Part shown: piece by piece, positions 9,773-20,079 of the stretch
Layout of the letters: each line of letters opens with the position of its first letter
How positions within the stretch are numbered: the stretch's first letter is position 1
IMG/VR virus record: IMGVR_UViG_2660237933_000004
DNA: 40,475 nt
Source of the DNA: a virus
Lineage: Duplodnaviria > Heunggongvirae > Uroviricota > Caudoviricetes
Direction: 5' to 3' (one strand)
Translations under genes and position numbers: made by a program
Notes under the pieces: model-generated
Database searches by the model: none
Seen by the model: only the letters and a program-made list of their open reading frames with translations
What the model was told of the DNA's origin: nothing

Positions 9773-10008
9773 GCCGCTGCATTCAGGTCTGCCGGAGACA
9801 TCTGGTCGACAGAGCTTTGCGGCACTTTCGCCAGCCGCACAATGTATTTCGACACCACATGCGCCAGAAGTCTGACGGACTCATCCTGATTCATCTGGTA
9901 GGGATACCCCAGCTCGCGGACATCCTTCCCGGTGGGTTCATCAAACTCCAGTACGGAGAGTGTCTCACCATGAGCGATAATCGGTTTCTTTAACTCAAGC
10001 TCTTTCAT
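9739..10008 (-). CDS. Tail assembly chaperone (G-like)
   Basis: 89 aa ORF between tail tube and tape measure, overlapped by a -1 frame ORF. Confidence 0.6.
   Translation of the reverse strand: MKELELKKPIIAHGETLSVLEFDEPTGKDVRELGYPYQMNQDESVRLLAHVVSKYIVRLAKVPQSSVDQMSPADLNAAAWLVAGFFLQA
9752..9758 (-). promoter_or_regulatory. Programmed -1 ribosomal frameshift slippery heptamer (T TTT TTC)
   Basis: Minus-strand GGT TTT TTC in the zero frame of the chaperone, just before its stop; classic X_XXY_YYZ arrangement. Confidence 0.5.
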
Positions 10009-10364
10009 TACTGGTAATCCCCTTCTTCACCGTGGAACTCAAGATCAACCGTGCCTTCTTCGGCATTATGGTTCGCTTCGCCGTGCAGCCAGGCGGACGA
10101 CAATACATAGACCTGACCGTTCGCCAGCTCGGCAGTGATGGTCATCTCATCAGACGAGGTGATTTTGCTCACCGGAAAATTCTTCGGCACCTTGAAGGTC
10201 CCTTTGACATAAGGCGCACGGTGAGTTTCCTTGCGGTCCACTGAACCGTCCAGGCCGATGATGTCATCATTGACCGTCCTGTTCATGGGCACCTCAATGC
10301 CGCCGGTCAGCGATAGCTGCTGACCGTCAATTTTGAAATAACAGGTTCCCCCGATACGGGCCAT
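10008..10364 (-). CDS. Tail tube protein
   Basis: 118 aa, directly downstream of the sheath gene with overlapping stop/start. Confidence 0.6.
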   Translation of the reverse strand: MARIGGTCYFKIDGQQLSLTGGIEVPMNRTVNDDIIGLDGSVDRKETHRAPYVKGTFKVPKNFPVSKITSSDEMTITAELANGQVYVLSSAWLHGEANHNAEEGTVDLEFHGEEGDYQ

Positions 10365-11860
10365 TATGCGGACTCCTCTGAATACTGAAGACGGAACTGG
10401 TTAACCACGGCAAAGACACGCAACTGGTTAACATAGTCAGGCGGGAACAGCGTGTTCAGGCGGTTCGGATCGCTGGCATCACGCTCCACAACCAGGTACT
10501 GCTTAAAAAGTTCGTAGTTTTCCACGATCCCCGCACGCTCAAGCTGACGGTAGGTTGCCAGCAGTTCCCCTTTGATCACCGCCGGGGTGACAATCGCCTG
10601 ACCGGGACCAAAGCGGGTACCGTCGCTGGCAAGCTTGTGACGCCCGTACTTACTGGTAATGACGGATTTCAGTTTGCGCAGTACATACGCACTGGTATGC
10701 AGCGTCTCGCTGTCGAGGTAGCTGTTATCCGCAACCCCGTAAGCGTTTTTCCTGTACGTGGTGACATCACGCTGAATGCGCAGTACCCCGCTTTCGACAT
10801 ACGCCGTTGCCACGCCATGAGACAGCAAGGTCTGTTGTTCGGTCATCGTGAACCGTTTCCCCTTCGGCGCAGGCTGCATACCCACCAGCTCACCGGTCTG
10901 CGTGGGACGTGCCGGATCGTTGCGGATAAACACCGCTGCGCGGGCGGTACGGCTTGCCGCCAGCTCGTCGGCAGGCGTCTGGGTGTCTTTTTCGTACCCC
11001 GCCAGGGTAATGTGCTGCTGGTTAAACTGGTCACCTGCGGTCACCAGTTCTGACAGCGTGCCGATCTTTGCCGTATACACATGACCATACAGCTGACGCG
11101 CATAGCTCCAGCGACCGCTGGTATCGTTCATCTCGGTCACCAGCGTGTTAACGGAGGCCGTGTCGTTGAACGGCAGGCCGATATAATCAAACGGCTCATC
11201 CGCCATTGCAGCCACCGCGCCGGTGAGAACCGGAGCACCCGTTCCGGCGGTACCCGTCGCCACGGCAATCTGTACGCCCGCTGGCAGCACTTCGCCCCCA
11301 CCAAAGCCGTAGTAATTGAGGCTGACAGGAATTTCATTCCCGCAAAGCCCCTTATGACGCGCGGTCAGTGTGACCACGCCTGCCGAAGATGAAGCCGTAA
11401 ACGGCAGGGTCGGAACGGCATTGATGGCATCCTGGATACTGCTGGCAATCATCGTGACGTTATCGCCGTTAGTCACCGGTGCCTGCACGCGGGTACGTCC
11501 CACATACACATTCACCGTGCCGGTTTCGGATGCCGCCCCGGTCACCGTCAGCGTAACCGTTGCCGCCGCGCCTGTGGATTCAGGAACGGCAATCACATAC
11601 AGCTCGCCAAACGGGTCAGTCTGGCGATAAGCCTCGACCATACGCGCCAGCTGACTTCCCGCACCACAAATCTGGCGTGCATAGTCTGCCGACGGCATCA
11701 GTACCAGACTGTTGGCAACAATCTCTGCACCGTTATTGGCATGACCAATCAGCAGCGATGCTCCGCTGTCCTGTGCAGTATTCGCCGCCTGGTTATCCAT
11801 TTCCGCATAAAACAACGGAACCAGCGTATTCGACGGAATGGTGTTAAAGCTTATCGTCAT
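10364..11860 (-). CDS. Contractile tail sheath protein
   Basis: 498 aa; size and position as in Mu gpL / P2 FI sheath family. Confidence 0.75.
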   Translation of the reverse strand: MTISFNTIPSNTLVPLFYAEMDNQAANTAQDSGASLLIGHANNGAEIVANSLVLMPSADYARQICGAGSQLARMVEAYRQTDPFGELYVIAVPESTGAAATVTLTVTGAASETGTVNVYVGRTRVQAPVTNGDNVTMIASSIQDAINAVPTLPFTASSSAGVVTLTARHKGLCGNEIPVSLNYYGFGGGEVLPAGVQIAVATGTAGTGAPVLTGAVAAMADEPFDYIGLPFNDTASVNTLVTEMNDTSGRWSYARQLYGHVYTAKIGTLSELVTAGDQFNQQHITLAGYEKDTQTPADELAASRTARAAVFIRNDPARPTQTGELVGMQPAPKGKRFTMTEQQTLLSHGVATAYVESGVLRIQRDVTTYRKNAYGVADNSYLDSETLHTSAYVLRKLKSVITSKYGRHKLASDGTRFGPGQAIVTPAVIKGELLATYRQLERAGIVENYELFKQYLVVERDASDPNRLNTLFPPDYVNQLRVFAVVNQFRLQYSEESA

Positions 11861-12014
11861 CGGTATTCACCTTTTTATTCACGCGCCGGATATCACCCGC
11901 TGCTTCACGGCGCAGCCAGTAGTTGTTCTCGTCAACATTTCGCCCTTCGGCGGGCAAAAGGTCGCCGCGGGCAGGGTCAGGAACTGACCGCCCTTTAACA
12001 GGTTTGACAAACAT
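11844..12014 (-). CDS. Hypothetical small protein (56 aa), translationally coupled to sheath gene
   Basis: ATG at 12014; stop overlaps the sheath start codon; found by manual translation, below the ORF-track size cutoff. Confidence 0.25.
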   Translation of the reverse strand: MFVKPVKGRSVPDPARGDLLPAEGRNVDENNYWLRREAAGDIRRVNKKVNTDDDKL

Positions 12015-12022
12015 GAGGATCC

Positions 12023-12583
12023 TCAGGAAGGAAGGGTTATTTCGGTGTGATGTTCGATGTCGCCGTCAGGCCCGTTACCGGGCTCGAGATAATCAACATC
12101 AATCGCCAGCGTTTGCAGTTCATCCAGACTGTTCAGATCATCCTGCTGGCGGGTATCGTCTTCAGTCAGCTCGCTGATGACCGAAAAATCGAACTGATAA
12201 ATCAGCTCATGACGATTCAGATCCAGCAGCGTGCCGCCGTCATAGGTAATCGGGTTACCGCACGCCTCCGGGTTCCAGCCCAGCAGAGCCTTAAAGAGCA
12301 TCTGCCGGACATCGTCCACCACATCATACGAGGCAAACTGACCGCGCTCATCACGCCCGTTACTCAGTATGACAACCACGGAGAAACCCTCTTTCAGCTC
12401 CTGCCAGTAGTCGGTCTGGCTTTTGTTTTCTCCCGGAGAATCATCACCCGGTACAACATATGCCGCCGGGAGTCTCAGCTTTCCGACCTCCGGCAGATTT
12501 TTGAACTGGGCCGCGCCTGCAACCCGGTTTTCAAAATACGGACAGCGGGCACGCAGTGCAGCAATAACAGGCGTCAGTTTCAT
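12023..12583 (-). CDS. Virion structural protein (tail completion/Gp37-like)
   Basis: 186 aa ORF between head-tail joining genes and sheath. Confidence 0.4.
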   Translation of the reverse strand: MKLTPVIAALRARCPYFENRVAGAAQFKNLPEVGKLRLPAAYVVPGDDSPGENKSQTDYWQELKEGFSVVVILSNGRDERGQFASYDVVDDVRQMLFKALLGWNPEACGNPITYDGGTLLDLNRHELIYQFDFSVISELTEDDTRQQDDLNSLDELQTLAIDVDYLEPGNGPDGDIEHHTEITLPS

Positions 12584-13086
12584 CTGTGTCGTCGCTCCGG
12601 CTTCAGTGATTTACGCAATTCCCGCGCCAGAAAATAGCGTGTCCAGCTGCGGTTCTTTTCAAGCGTTTCCACCATGAAGTTATTACGTGGAGCCAGTCGC
12701 CAGCCGCTGCCACCGGATGCACCACGATGATGGCTGCGACGACGCTTTGCCCCTCGCCTCACGCCATAGAACAAAAAAGCCGGATAAAAATCACCGGTGA
12801 TACGGCGGTTTCCCTCTCCATTACGCTGGTTAGGGGCTATACGTGCCATAAAACCAGGGCGATGTTTACTGGCTCTGGGTACCATGTAACCAATCGAACG
12901 AGCCAGGCGTCCGGTCTGATAACCGGGGTTTTCACCCGGTGCCGACCGCGCACGGCGCATCACCAGCCGACGGGCATCACGCATATGACGCTGACCAATC
13001 GTGACAAACGCCCGCCGGACACGGGCGCGGTTAAAGCGCATCTCCGCGGGCTGCTGAAAATCAACGTGCAAAAAGGAAGTCGTCAT
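12580..13086 (-). CDS. HK97 gp10-like virion morphogenesis protein
   Basis: 168 aa, Arg-rich; position after head-tail adaptor. Confidence 0.4.
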   Translation of the reverse strand: MTTSFLHVDFQQPAEMRFNRARVRRAFVTIGQRHMRDARRLVMRRARSAPGENPGYQTGRLARSIGYMVPRASKHRPGFMARIAPNQRNGEGNRRITGDFYPAFLFYGVRRGAKRRRSHHRGASGGSGWRLAPRNNFMVETLEKNRSWTRYFLARELRKSLKPERRHR

Positions 13087-13471
13087 TGTTGCCTCCGTGA
13101 CTCTGCCTACATTCGCCCAGCTCCGTACACTCCAGCAGCAGAAAGCGCCGCGCCCCGTTCAGATCGCGCTGACGTTTCACCCGGTACACACTGTCACCGC
13201 AGACCACCTCATAATCAGCGGTGATCCCCCGGCGGTAACGAATGGTGATGTAATGGGTGATGGCGTCCCCGGTCTGCGCGGTTTCCTGCCAGGTGGTGGC
13301 ACTGGTCTGGATAACCTTCGCCCATGTCCGGAACGTAACCGGGTATTGAGGCTCCACGCCAAAGTTATCCGCGGGCATATCCACCCGCAGGCGGATCAGG
13401 ACGCGTTTATTCAGTTCACCGGGGTCCGGCAGAATGTAGGTTGCGCTGGTCTGCGCCTGACGAATTTTCAT
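13061..13471 (-). CDS. Head-tail adaptor / head closure protein
   Basis: 136 aa; position after connector gene. Confidence 0.45.
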   Translation of the reverse strand: MKIRQAQTSATYILPDPGELNKRVLIRLRVDMPADNFGVEPQYPVTFRTWAKVIQTSATTWQETAQTGDAITHYITIRYRRGITADYEVVCGDSVYRVKRQRDLNGARRFLLLECTELGECRQSHGGNNDDFLFAR

Positions 13472-13791
13472 TGCGGAAAGTACCTGTACGGGCCGACAAG
13501 CCAGCCAAAACTCTGCGGCATGTCGAGTTTCTCCACTTCCGTAACCGACGAGCGGTTTTCGTAAAAATGGCTGATAAGCATCAGCATCCCCAGACGAATA
13601 TCATCCGGCAGGTGCAGCCCGTCCGGATCGCTGTCCGGAATGGTTTCATCCGGTGCATAGAGCTTCCGGTTCAGATACGTTTCCGTCCGCTTTTGCGCCG
13701 CACAGGCCAGCAGTTGCAGATGGCGGTCATCAGCATCAAAATCCTCATCCAGCCGGAGTTGGGCTTTAATCTCTTCCATTGTCAGAAGCAT
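13468..13791 (-). CDS. Head-tail connector protein (gp6-like)
   Basis: 107 aa acidic protein immediately after capsid region. Confidence 0.5.
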   Translation of the reverse strand: MLLTMEEIKAQLRLDEDFDADDRHLQLLACAAQKRTETYLNRKLYAPDETIPDSDPDGLHLPDDIRLGMLMLISHFYENRSSVTEVEKLDMPQSFGWLVGPYRYFPQ

Positions 13792-13793
13792 AC

Positions 13794-13994
13794 TCAGCCC
13801 TCTTTACTGGTCGTGGCTTTTTTCTCTTTTGTCGCTTTACTGCTTTTTGCACTGGTTCCGCGCTCTGCTAACCCGGCCTGAAGTGCAATCTCCTGCACCC
13901 GGGCAGGAAGCGCCCCGTCGTCATACTCACCGGCCCGAATGACCTCAACACGCATACCGTCCGGTGACCATTTCAGATCTTGTTTCAGGATCAT
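13794..13994 (-). CDS. Hypothetical protein (66 aa)
   Basis: Small ORF between major capsid and connector genes, Lys/Ser-rich C-terminus. Confidence 0.3.
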   Translation of the reverse strand: MILKQDLKWSPDGMRVEVIRAGEYDDGALPARVQEIALQAGLAERGTSAKSSKATKEKKATTSKEG

Positions 13995-14043
13995 GATTCT
14001 TCACCCGTCAGAACAGGGGGCGCGGTTCCGCGCCCCTGAGTGA

Positions 14044-15249
14044 TTACGCCGCTGCAATCTTCAGCAGTTTGATGGCCTGCGAATCGACCAGCATCCCGCC
14101 GGTGCGCTTGGTGGTATAAAAACCGACAAACGGTTTATTGGTGTACGGGTCACGCAGAATGCGGGTGCCGATACGGTCAACGATGGTGTAACCCCGTTTG
14201 AAGTTACCAAATGCAATGGCTTTCGCATCAGCGGCGATATCCGGCATCTGTTCGTTTTCAGCGATACCGTAACCCGCCAGAGAGGACGGCTGCCCCAGTT
14301 CCAGCCCCGGACGCCACAGATAGTTACCCTCGCTGTCTTTCAGCAGACGGATGGCAAACAGGCTGTTGTTGTTCATCATGAATTTCGCGCCAGTGCGGTG
14401 TGCCTTACGCAGCGTGTAAATCAGTTTGATAATGGCGTCTGCGGTCACCGCCGTCGCTTCGCCGGATACAATATGCTGAAGTTTGCCGAACGCCCGGACC
14501 TTATCGGTTTCATCGGTGGATTCATACGCCAGGAACCCTTTTGGCTTCTTGGTGCCATCGCCGGAGGTAAAGGCAATTTCTTCCTGTTCGGCAAATTCGG
14601 TTGCCAGCTCGCTGTTGATCCAGGCCTCCACGTTGAAAAAGGCATCGTCCAGCATTTTCTGGGTGGCCTGCGGGTTACCGTAGATTTCCCCCATGAGAGG
14701 TTCAATCAGCTCCAGTCTGGAGGTGGCAGTCTGGGATCGCGTATCCGTTTCCCCCACCCATCCGGAAGCCGTACCGCCCAGATTCACCAGTTTTTTGTAG
14801 TCGGAACCGCCAACGGTGATCACCGTGGCTTCCTGACGCATCACCACTTCATCTTTCAGCAGGTTGAGAATGTTGCGATCCAGTTCTTCCGGCACGGCGT
14901 AGCCACCGTCTTCATCGGTGCCCACCTGCAATGCCTTACGCTCCAGATCGCGCAGACCGTCTTCACGGCCTTTACGCAGAAAACCCACAAACGCCTCTTT
15001 ATGCTCGGTGGCCAGTTTATTTTGCGCACCACCTGCCGGACGTTTCAGCTCAAGCAGCTCTTTTTCAAGGTCGCTTTTGAGATTTTCCAGCTCGCTGAGT
15101 TTTCCGTTCAGGGTTTCCACCTGCCCGGCAAGTTTGCCTTTTTCCTGCTCAATCGCCTCCACGCGCTTATCGTTCTTTGCTTTGAAGTCGTCAAACTTCT
15201 GCTGCAGCTCCTGCGCGACCTGTTCGACATCTTTAATATCTACCGCCAT
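14044..15249 (-). CDS. Major capsid protein, HK97-fold with N-terminal delta (scaffold) domain
   Basis: 401 aa; N-terminal approx 100 aa coiled-coil-like (KLSELENLKSDLEKELLELK); follows the prohead protease gene. Confidence 0.85.
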   Translation of the reverse strand: MAVDIKDVEQVAQELQQKFDDFKAKNDKRVEAIEQEKGKLAGQVETLNGKLSELENLKSDLEKELLELKRPAGGAQNKLATEHKEAFVGFLRKGREDGLRDLERKALQVGTDEDGGYAVPEELDRNILNLLKDEVVMRQEATVITVGGSDYKKLVNLGGTASGWVGETDTRSQTATSRLELIEPLMGEIYGNPQATQKMLDDAFFNVEAWINSELATEFAEQEEIAFTSGDGTKKPKGFLAYESTDETDKVRAFGKLQHIVSGEATAVTADAIIKLIYTLRKAHRTGAKFMMNNNSLFAIRLLKDSEGNYLWRPGLELGQPSSLAGYGIAENEQMPDIAADAKAIAFGNFKRGYTIVDRIGTRILRDPYTNKPFVGFYTTKRTGGMLVDSQAIKLLKIAAA

Positions 15250-15263
15250 CGTATTTCTCCTGA

Positions 15264-15950
15264 TTAGAAGTTCAGATTTTTCAGTGCATTCAGTGCAGAG
15301 CTCACATCCTCAGCGTCGCGCAGGGACAGTGCGCTATAGCCCCCGGCCATGAATGCTTTGGCCTGGGTACGGGAGAGTCCGACATCACGCAGGACTCTTT
15401 CGATTTTTTTCTGTTCGGGGATTTCCCCGCGGGCCAGCGCGTTCTTGACGTCGCTGATCCGTGCCTCGTCGTTAGACGGGAACGTCACCAGACTGACTTC
15501 CCAGAGGTCGATTTCTTTTAGCAGAAAGGCTTCTTTCGTCCGGTCGTATTCCCAGTCTTTCAGGACGTACCCAATAGAAAGGCCGGTTAACGAACCGGCC
15601 TTCATGTGTGCATGTGCGCGTTTTGCCAGGGGATCATCATCAATGAGCAACCGCCCCCTGACGTAAAGCCCGACATCGTCTTCCTTCATTTCGGTGTAAA
15701 CACCGATGGGCTCATCCATGCGGTGCTGCCAGAGCAGCGCAGGTAACGCTTTTCTGTCACTCCACGCCCGCAGGGAGGCGGCAAATGCCCCGGACATCAC
15801 CACATCATCGTGGCTGTCCTTTACACCAAAGACGGAGCCATACCCTTCAAACTCACCGGAGTCACTGACAGACTTCAGACTCAGCGGTACATCAAGACGT
15901 TGTTTCGTCTGCATTGGCGTTATCCTTCTGCTTACCGGCTTTACTGCCAT
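15264..15950 (-). CDS. Prohead protease (HK97 family); true start may be the internal Met at 15914
   Basis: 228 aa between portal and major capsid genes. Confidence 0.7.
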   Translation of the reverse strand: MAVKPVSRRITPMQTKQRLDVPLSLKSVSDSGEFEGYGSVFGVKDSHDDVVMSGAFAASLRAWSDRKALPALLWQHRMDEPIGVYTEMKEDDVGLYVRGRLLIDDDPLAKRAHAHMKAGSLTGLSIGYVLKDWEYDRTKEAFLLKEIDLWEVSLVTFPSNDEARISDVKNALARGEIPEQKKIERVLRDVGLSRTQAKAFMAGGYSALSLRDAEDVSSALNALKNLNF

Positions 15951-17133
15951 CGGAGGGTTTCGTGGTCATGTTCATCGGTGTGAGATAGACATCACCACCG
16001 GGACGCGGATTCATATCTTCCAGATCGCGGCAGTCATTGGGAGAGTAAATTCCCCAGTTGATCCCGGTGGCGTAGGCTTCAAAACGGGACTTCATATCCC
16101 CGCGCAGTAACGCCCCGGCGTTAAATTTGGCGTAATAAACGCCCTGCTTACTTTTTCGTACCAGTCCGGTGTTGATCCGCTGTTCGATGCGGGTCAGATA
16201 CGGCACCAGTGAATAGTTGATAAATCCCAGCCCCAGCTCTTCGATATTGTTGAAGGTGGCGCGATCGGTGTTCTGCACCATGTGCAACGGCACCCGGAAC
16301 AGACGACAGATTTCTTCAAGCTGAAACTTGCGGGTTTCCAGGAACTGGCTGTCCTCGGCGTTCAGCGCCATCGACTTCCAGTCCAGCCCCATCTCAAGGA
16401 TCATCGGGCGGTGAGCATTACCAAGCCCGGTGTGACGCTCCTCAAAATCTTTCTTCAGGCGCTCGTAAGCCTGATCCGACAGCGTCTGTTCTGTACGCAA
16501 CACACCCGACGTCACCGCGCCATTGCTGAACAGTCTGGCCCCGTGCTCTTCGGTCGCAGCTGCCAGCGATATTGCCTCACGGGCATAGGCGATGGGATTC
16601 AGTCCCACCAGACCGTCCAGCGTCAGCGTGCGCACATGCCAGATATCCTCCTGGCTCAGTACATCCGTGGAGCCATCCGGGAATGTGACCTGATAGACCG
16701 GCTCCCAGCTACTGTTAAGCTTCGGTACCACACAGCCGGGATCGACGGGCAGCAGTTCAGCCACTTCGCCAAATGCTTTCACTTTGTAGGCGTAAAAGTT
16801 TCCCCGCAGGCACAGACAGGTGACCACCAGCTCCCAGAACTCCTGCGGCGTCATATAGCCATTGGGATGCGTGGAGATCAGCTTATGCAGACGTTCGCCA
16901 GTGGCTCTCTGCTTCAGGCTGCCGTTCAGGTGATACAGGTTGCAGGGCAACATCCCGACCGACTCCGCCAGCACCCTGACACAGGAAAAAACCGCCGTCA
17001 GTCGCATGGCCCGCTGGCTGCTGATCTGCTTTCCGGTATAGGTGTCGTAGGACAACCCGATGGCATCCGCCAGCTCTGCTGGCGTGGTCACCGGTGCGTC
17101 ACTTTTTCGTTGAAATAATCCCGAAAAGAACAC
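15892..17133 (-). CDS. Portal protein (HK97 family)
   Basis: 413 aa; downstream of large terminase. Confidence 0.85.
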   Translation of the reverse strand: MFFSGLFQRKSDAPVTTPAELADAIGLSYDTYTGKQISSQRAMRLTAVFSCVRVLAESVGMLPCNLYHLNGSLKQRATGERLHKLISTHPNGYMTPQEFWELVVTCLCLRGNFYAYKVKAFGEVAELLPVDPGCVVPKLNSSWEPVYQVTFPDGSTDVLSQEDIWHVRTLTLDGLVGLNPIAYAREAISLAAATEEHGARLFSNGAVTSGVLRTEQTLSDQAYERLKKDFEERHTGLGNAHRPMILEMGLDWKSMALNAEDSQFLETRKFQLEEICRLFRVPLHMVQNTDRATFNNIEELGLGFINYSLVPYLTRIEQRINTGLVRKSKQGVYYAKFNAGALLRGDMKSRFEAYATGINWGIYSPNDCRDLEDMNPRPGGDVYLTPMNMTTKPSDGSKAGKQKDNANADETTS

Positions 17134-17315
17134 TATTTACCTCCGCCGACAGACAGCTGTGTACGATCGAGATATCGCGCCACCAGCCACGACCAGAACA
17201 GGCACAGCGCCCCGGCAACAACAAAACCCGCCGGGGGATAAATCAGCCAGGCACCATATGCCAGCAAAAGCGCACCCAGCACGCCCACCAGAGGCGCGAG
17301 AATCAGCATGATCAT
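17133..17315 (-). CDS. Hypothetical small membrane protein (60 aa)
   Basis: Two hydrophobic helices; sits between terminase and portal with stop overlapping the portal start. Confidence 0.3.
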   Translation of the reverse strand: MIMLILAPLVGVLGALLLAYGAWLIYPPAGFVVAGALCLFWSWLVARYLDRTQLSVGGGK

Positions 17316-17326
17316 AATTACCTCAG

Positions 17327-19060
17327 TTAAAGCGAGCGGATCCCGTAGGACTCAATGTGGTCAGACAGCGTGTCTTCTTTCTCGTACAGCATGGCTCTGC
17401 CAACCGCCATAATCAGCGCAACTGCACCATCGATTTTGTTTTCCGCCTGCTCTTTGACGGGTTTCACCACATCATCGTTACCCGGAATGGTTTTGCCGAC
17501 CACGTTGCCGATACACCAGGTCATGATGGGATTGCCGTCATGATGAAAGCGCCCCGATTCAATTGCCGCTTCCAGCTCTTTCATCGGGTCGGACATGTTG
17601 GTGTAGTTCTGAATGATAGTGATGGGGTTCAGGTCTTCATCAGCAAGGTCATGTGACAACCCGGTCGCCCCGAAGGGGTCGATGGGTGACTCACTGACCG
17701 GGCTGATTTTGTTCGCCGCTTTGGCCTCCTCGAGGATGTAGCGATAATCCACCTCCGCACCATCGGTAACGGTCAGAACGCCCATTTCCACCCATTTCTG
17801 AAAGCGTTCGGCTGTCCGTCGATCTTCATTTTTCTCGACGCTGTACACCGTGTCATACGGTACCCAGAAACGCGGGGCCACACTGTAGTAATGCGTTTTA
17901 CCGTCAATCTCGCGGGTATAAAGTCGCGCCATGCTGTTCATATCCAGCTTACGCGCCAGGTCAAAGGCCAGAATGCACGGCTGCCCCTCGAACTGCTCAA
18001 GAGTCAGTGATTTATCCTCGCATCTCTGCCAGCTCACCAGGTTGAAATACGCCGAACGCGCCGACACCCAGATATTGAGGTGTTTTGTTTTAAAGACGTT
18101 TGCCAGACGGGCGTTATTTTTCGCACGTTGCTGCTGGCTTAACAAAAACTCGCGATAAACCGACACACCGATATTCGGGTTAGCTTTTTCAAGTACCTGC
18201 GGGTCGGTCCAGTCGTCGCCTTCGTCAACGGTATAGATGATCCCGAACAGTTCATCGTTGGGCACCGAGCCGTTGAGCATCTCGATGACTTCCCGCCGTT
18301 TGTCGTAGCACGGCCCCTCAATGTTGTACCCGGCGGTGGTAATGGCCCACATCAGTGGCTGGCGTCGCGCCCCCATCCCGGTAAGCATCGTGGTGTAAAG
18401 CGCATCTGTGGCGTGCTCGTGATATTCATCCACCACCGCACAGTGGGGTGATGAACCATCACCGGGGTTACCGATCAGCGGTTCAAACCGCGCACCATCC
18501 TCCGGACGGTTCATGTTTGAGGCGTTAACCTCAATCCCGAACGCTTCCGTCAGCATGGGTGTGCGTTTACACATCAGTCGTGCCGGACGAAAGACTTCCC
18601 ATGCCTGTTTCTCCGTCGTGGCACCGGAATACACTTCCGCGCCGAACTCGTTATCACAGGCAAAACAATACAGGGCGACACCGGCAGAGATTGCCGATTT
18701 GCCGTTCTTACGGGGGATTTCGGTATACACCTCACGGAAGCGGCGCAGCCGGGAGCCTTTATTGACCCAGCCAAACGCGCAGCAGATCACAAAGAGCTGC
18801 CACGGCTCCAGCGTGATGGGCATCCTCTTAAATGCCCACTCACCCTTGGTGTGCGGCAACAGCTGAATAAATTTCGCGGCCCGTTCAGCCAGGTCCTTGT
18901 CGAAGCGGTAACGAAACGACTTACTTTTTTCCTCCATCAGGTCATCAAGATGGCGCTGGCAGGCCTGAATCACAAACTGGCAGGCCACAATCTTTCCGTG
19001 CACGACATCACGGGCATACTGATTGGCAGCATTTACGTTGGGGTAAGATTTCCGGCTCAT
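17327..19060 (-). CDS. Terminase large subunit
   Basis: 577 aa; overlaps the small subunit gene by 4 nt; size and position typical of HK97-type terminase. Confidence 0.9.
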   Translation of the reverse strand: MSRKSYPNVNAANQYARDVVHGKIVACQFVIQACQRHLDDLMEEKSKSFRYRFDKDLAERAAKFIQLLPHTKGEWAFKRMPITLEPWQLFVICCAFGWVNKGSRLRRFREVYTEIPRKNGKSAISAGVALYCFACDNEFGAEVYSGATTEKQAWEVFRPARLMCKRTPMLTEAFGIEVNASNMNRPEDGARFEPLIGNPGDGSSPHCAVVDEYHEHATDALYTTMLTGMGARRQPLMWAITTAGYNIEGPCYDKRREVIEMLNGSVPNDELFGIIYTVDEGDDWTDPQVLEKANPNIGVSVYREFLLSQQQRAKNNARLANVFKTKHLNIWVSARSAYFNLVSWQRCEDKSLTLEQFEGQPCILAFDLARKLDMNSMARLYTREIDGKTHYYSVAPRFWVPYDTVYSVEKNEDRRTAERFQKWVEMGVLTVTDGAEVDYRYILEEAKAANKISPVSESPIDPFGATGLSHDLADEDLNPITIIQNYTNMSDPMKELEAAIESGRFHHDGNPIMTWCIGNVVGKTIPGNDDVVKPVKEQAENKIDGAVALIMAVGRAMLYEKEDTLSDHIESYGIRSL

Positions 19061-19560
19061 GATTCGATGATTTTCAGAAACGGGTTAGTGGCTTTCTTCT
19101 GCCCCGCCAGGCCAATCAGACGCTGGCGGCTGCTGGGGTCGAGTCCGAGCATTGCCCCCGTACTGCTCATCTCGGACTCCTGTTCTTTTTTGGCGGTCAG
19201 CTCCGGATTTTTGACCATACCGCCCATTGCACCGGTGATGGTGTTGCCCTGTCTGGCAATATTTTTCACGGCACGTCGCCAGAACTCGTAGGCCACGCAC
19301 CACCGCTCAAGCACCGCGAGGTCAGTCACGCACAGCAGGCCCTGACCGCAGAGTTCTTTAGTTGTCAGTTGCCACATGATCGTGGCGAGAGGGAGATCTT
19401 CTTCAGCGAACCACTCCGGTGGCTCAACACCTTTGATGGGCGTAAAAACAGGTTCATCTTTATTCAGGGCTCGCTTGCCGGGGTTTCCGGCCAGCGCCTT
19501 GCGCGCCGTTGGCTTGGGGCGACGCCCGGAACGCCCCGCCGTTCCAGCCATATGCGGCAC
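19057..19560 (-). CDS. Terminase small subunit
   Basis: 167 aa, basic N-terminus; immediately upstream of large terminase and downstream of HNH gene. Confidence 0.65.
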   Translation of the reverse strand: MPHMAGTAGRSGRRPKPTARKALAGNPGKRALNKDEPVFTPIKGVEPPEWFAEEDLPLATIMWQLTTKELCGQGLLCVTDLAVLERWCVAYEFWRRAVKNIARQGNTITGAMGGMVKNPELTAKKEQESEMSSTGAMLGLDPSSRQRLIGLAGQKKATNPFLKIIES

Positions 19561-19594
19561 TCCTGGTTAAATTTCATTTTTCGCGGGTATAAAA

Positions 19595-19660
19595 AAACGA
19601 TGGGGCGGGCAGTCCGGAAGACGTCAGGCCGCAGGGATTTGACCCGCCCCTCCCCTCAGG
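19595..19660. other. Candidate cos site region
   Basis: GC-rich inverted repeat GGGGCGGG ... CCCGCCCC between the HNH endonuclease and small terminase genes; resembles the GGGCGG start of lambda cosN. Confidence 0.3.
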
Positions 19661-19676
19661 CAGTTGAGAATCATTA

Positions 19677-20027
19677 TCACTTCAACCGTTCACGGGCCGT
19701 CTTCGCCTTATGACACGGCCAGCACAGACTCTGCAGATTACAGTCGGCATCAGTGCCGCCATGCGCTTTAGGGATGATGTGGTCAACAGTTTTCGCCTCA
19801 CGCACCACACCAGCACGCAGACATAGCTGACACAGGACTTTGTCACGCTTCAGGACACGCACGCGGATAACATCCCACTTCGAACCATAACCGCGCTGAT
19901 GACGAGATTGTCCTGGCTTGTATTGCTTCCAGCCTTCGCTTTTATGGCTTTCACAATAGCCTGACGGGTCAGTAGTGGTATTGCGGCAACCGCGAACGCG
20001 GCAGGCTTTTGGTGTTCGTGGCGGCAT
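19677..20027 (-). CDS. HNH endonuclease (terminase-associated)
   Basis: 116 aa; Cys-rich N-terminus and HNH-type motif TVDHIIPKAHGG...N; located just upstream of terminase as in HK97-like phages. Confidence 0.8.
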   Translation of the reverse strand: MPPRTPKACRVRGCRNTTTDPSGYCESHKSEGWKQYKPGQSRHQRGYGSKWDVIRVRVLKRDKVLCQLCLRAGVVREAKTVDHIIPKAHGGTDADCNLQSLCWPCHKAKTARERLK

Positions 20028-20079
20028 ATCTACTCCAATGAAAAAGCCACCGGTTGATAACCGATGGCTTTGATTGTTC

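Noticed and set aside
12047-12637. 196-aa plus-strand ORF
   Set aside because: Antisense to the 12023-12583 structural gene, which fits the operon and overlaps its neighbours correctly.
14398-15267. 289-aa plus-strand ORF
   Set aside because: Lies entirely antisense to the strongly supported major capsid and protease genes; a shadow ORF in GC-rich coding DNA.
16282-17118. 278-aa plus-strand ORF
   Set aside because: Entirely antisense to the portal gene; no independent support.
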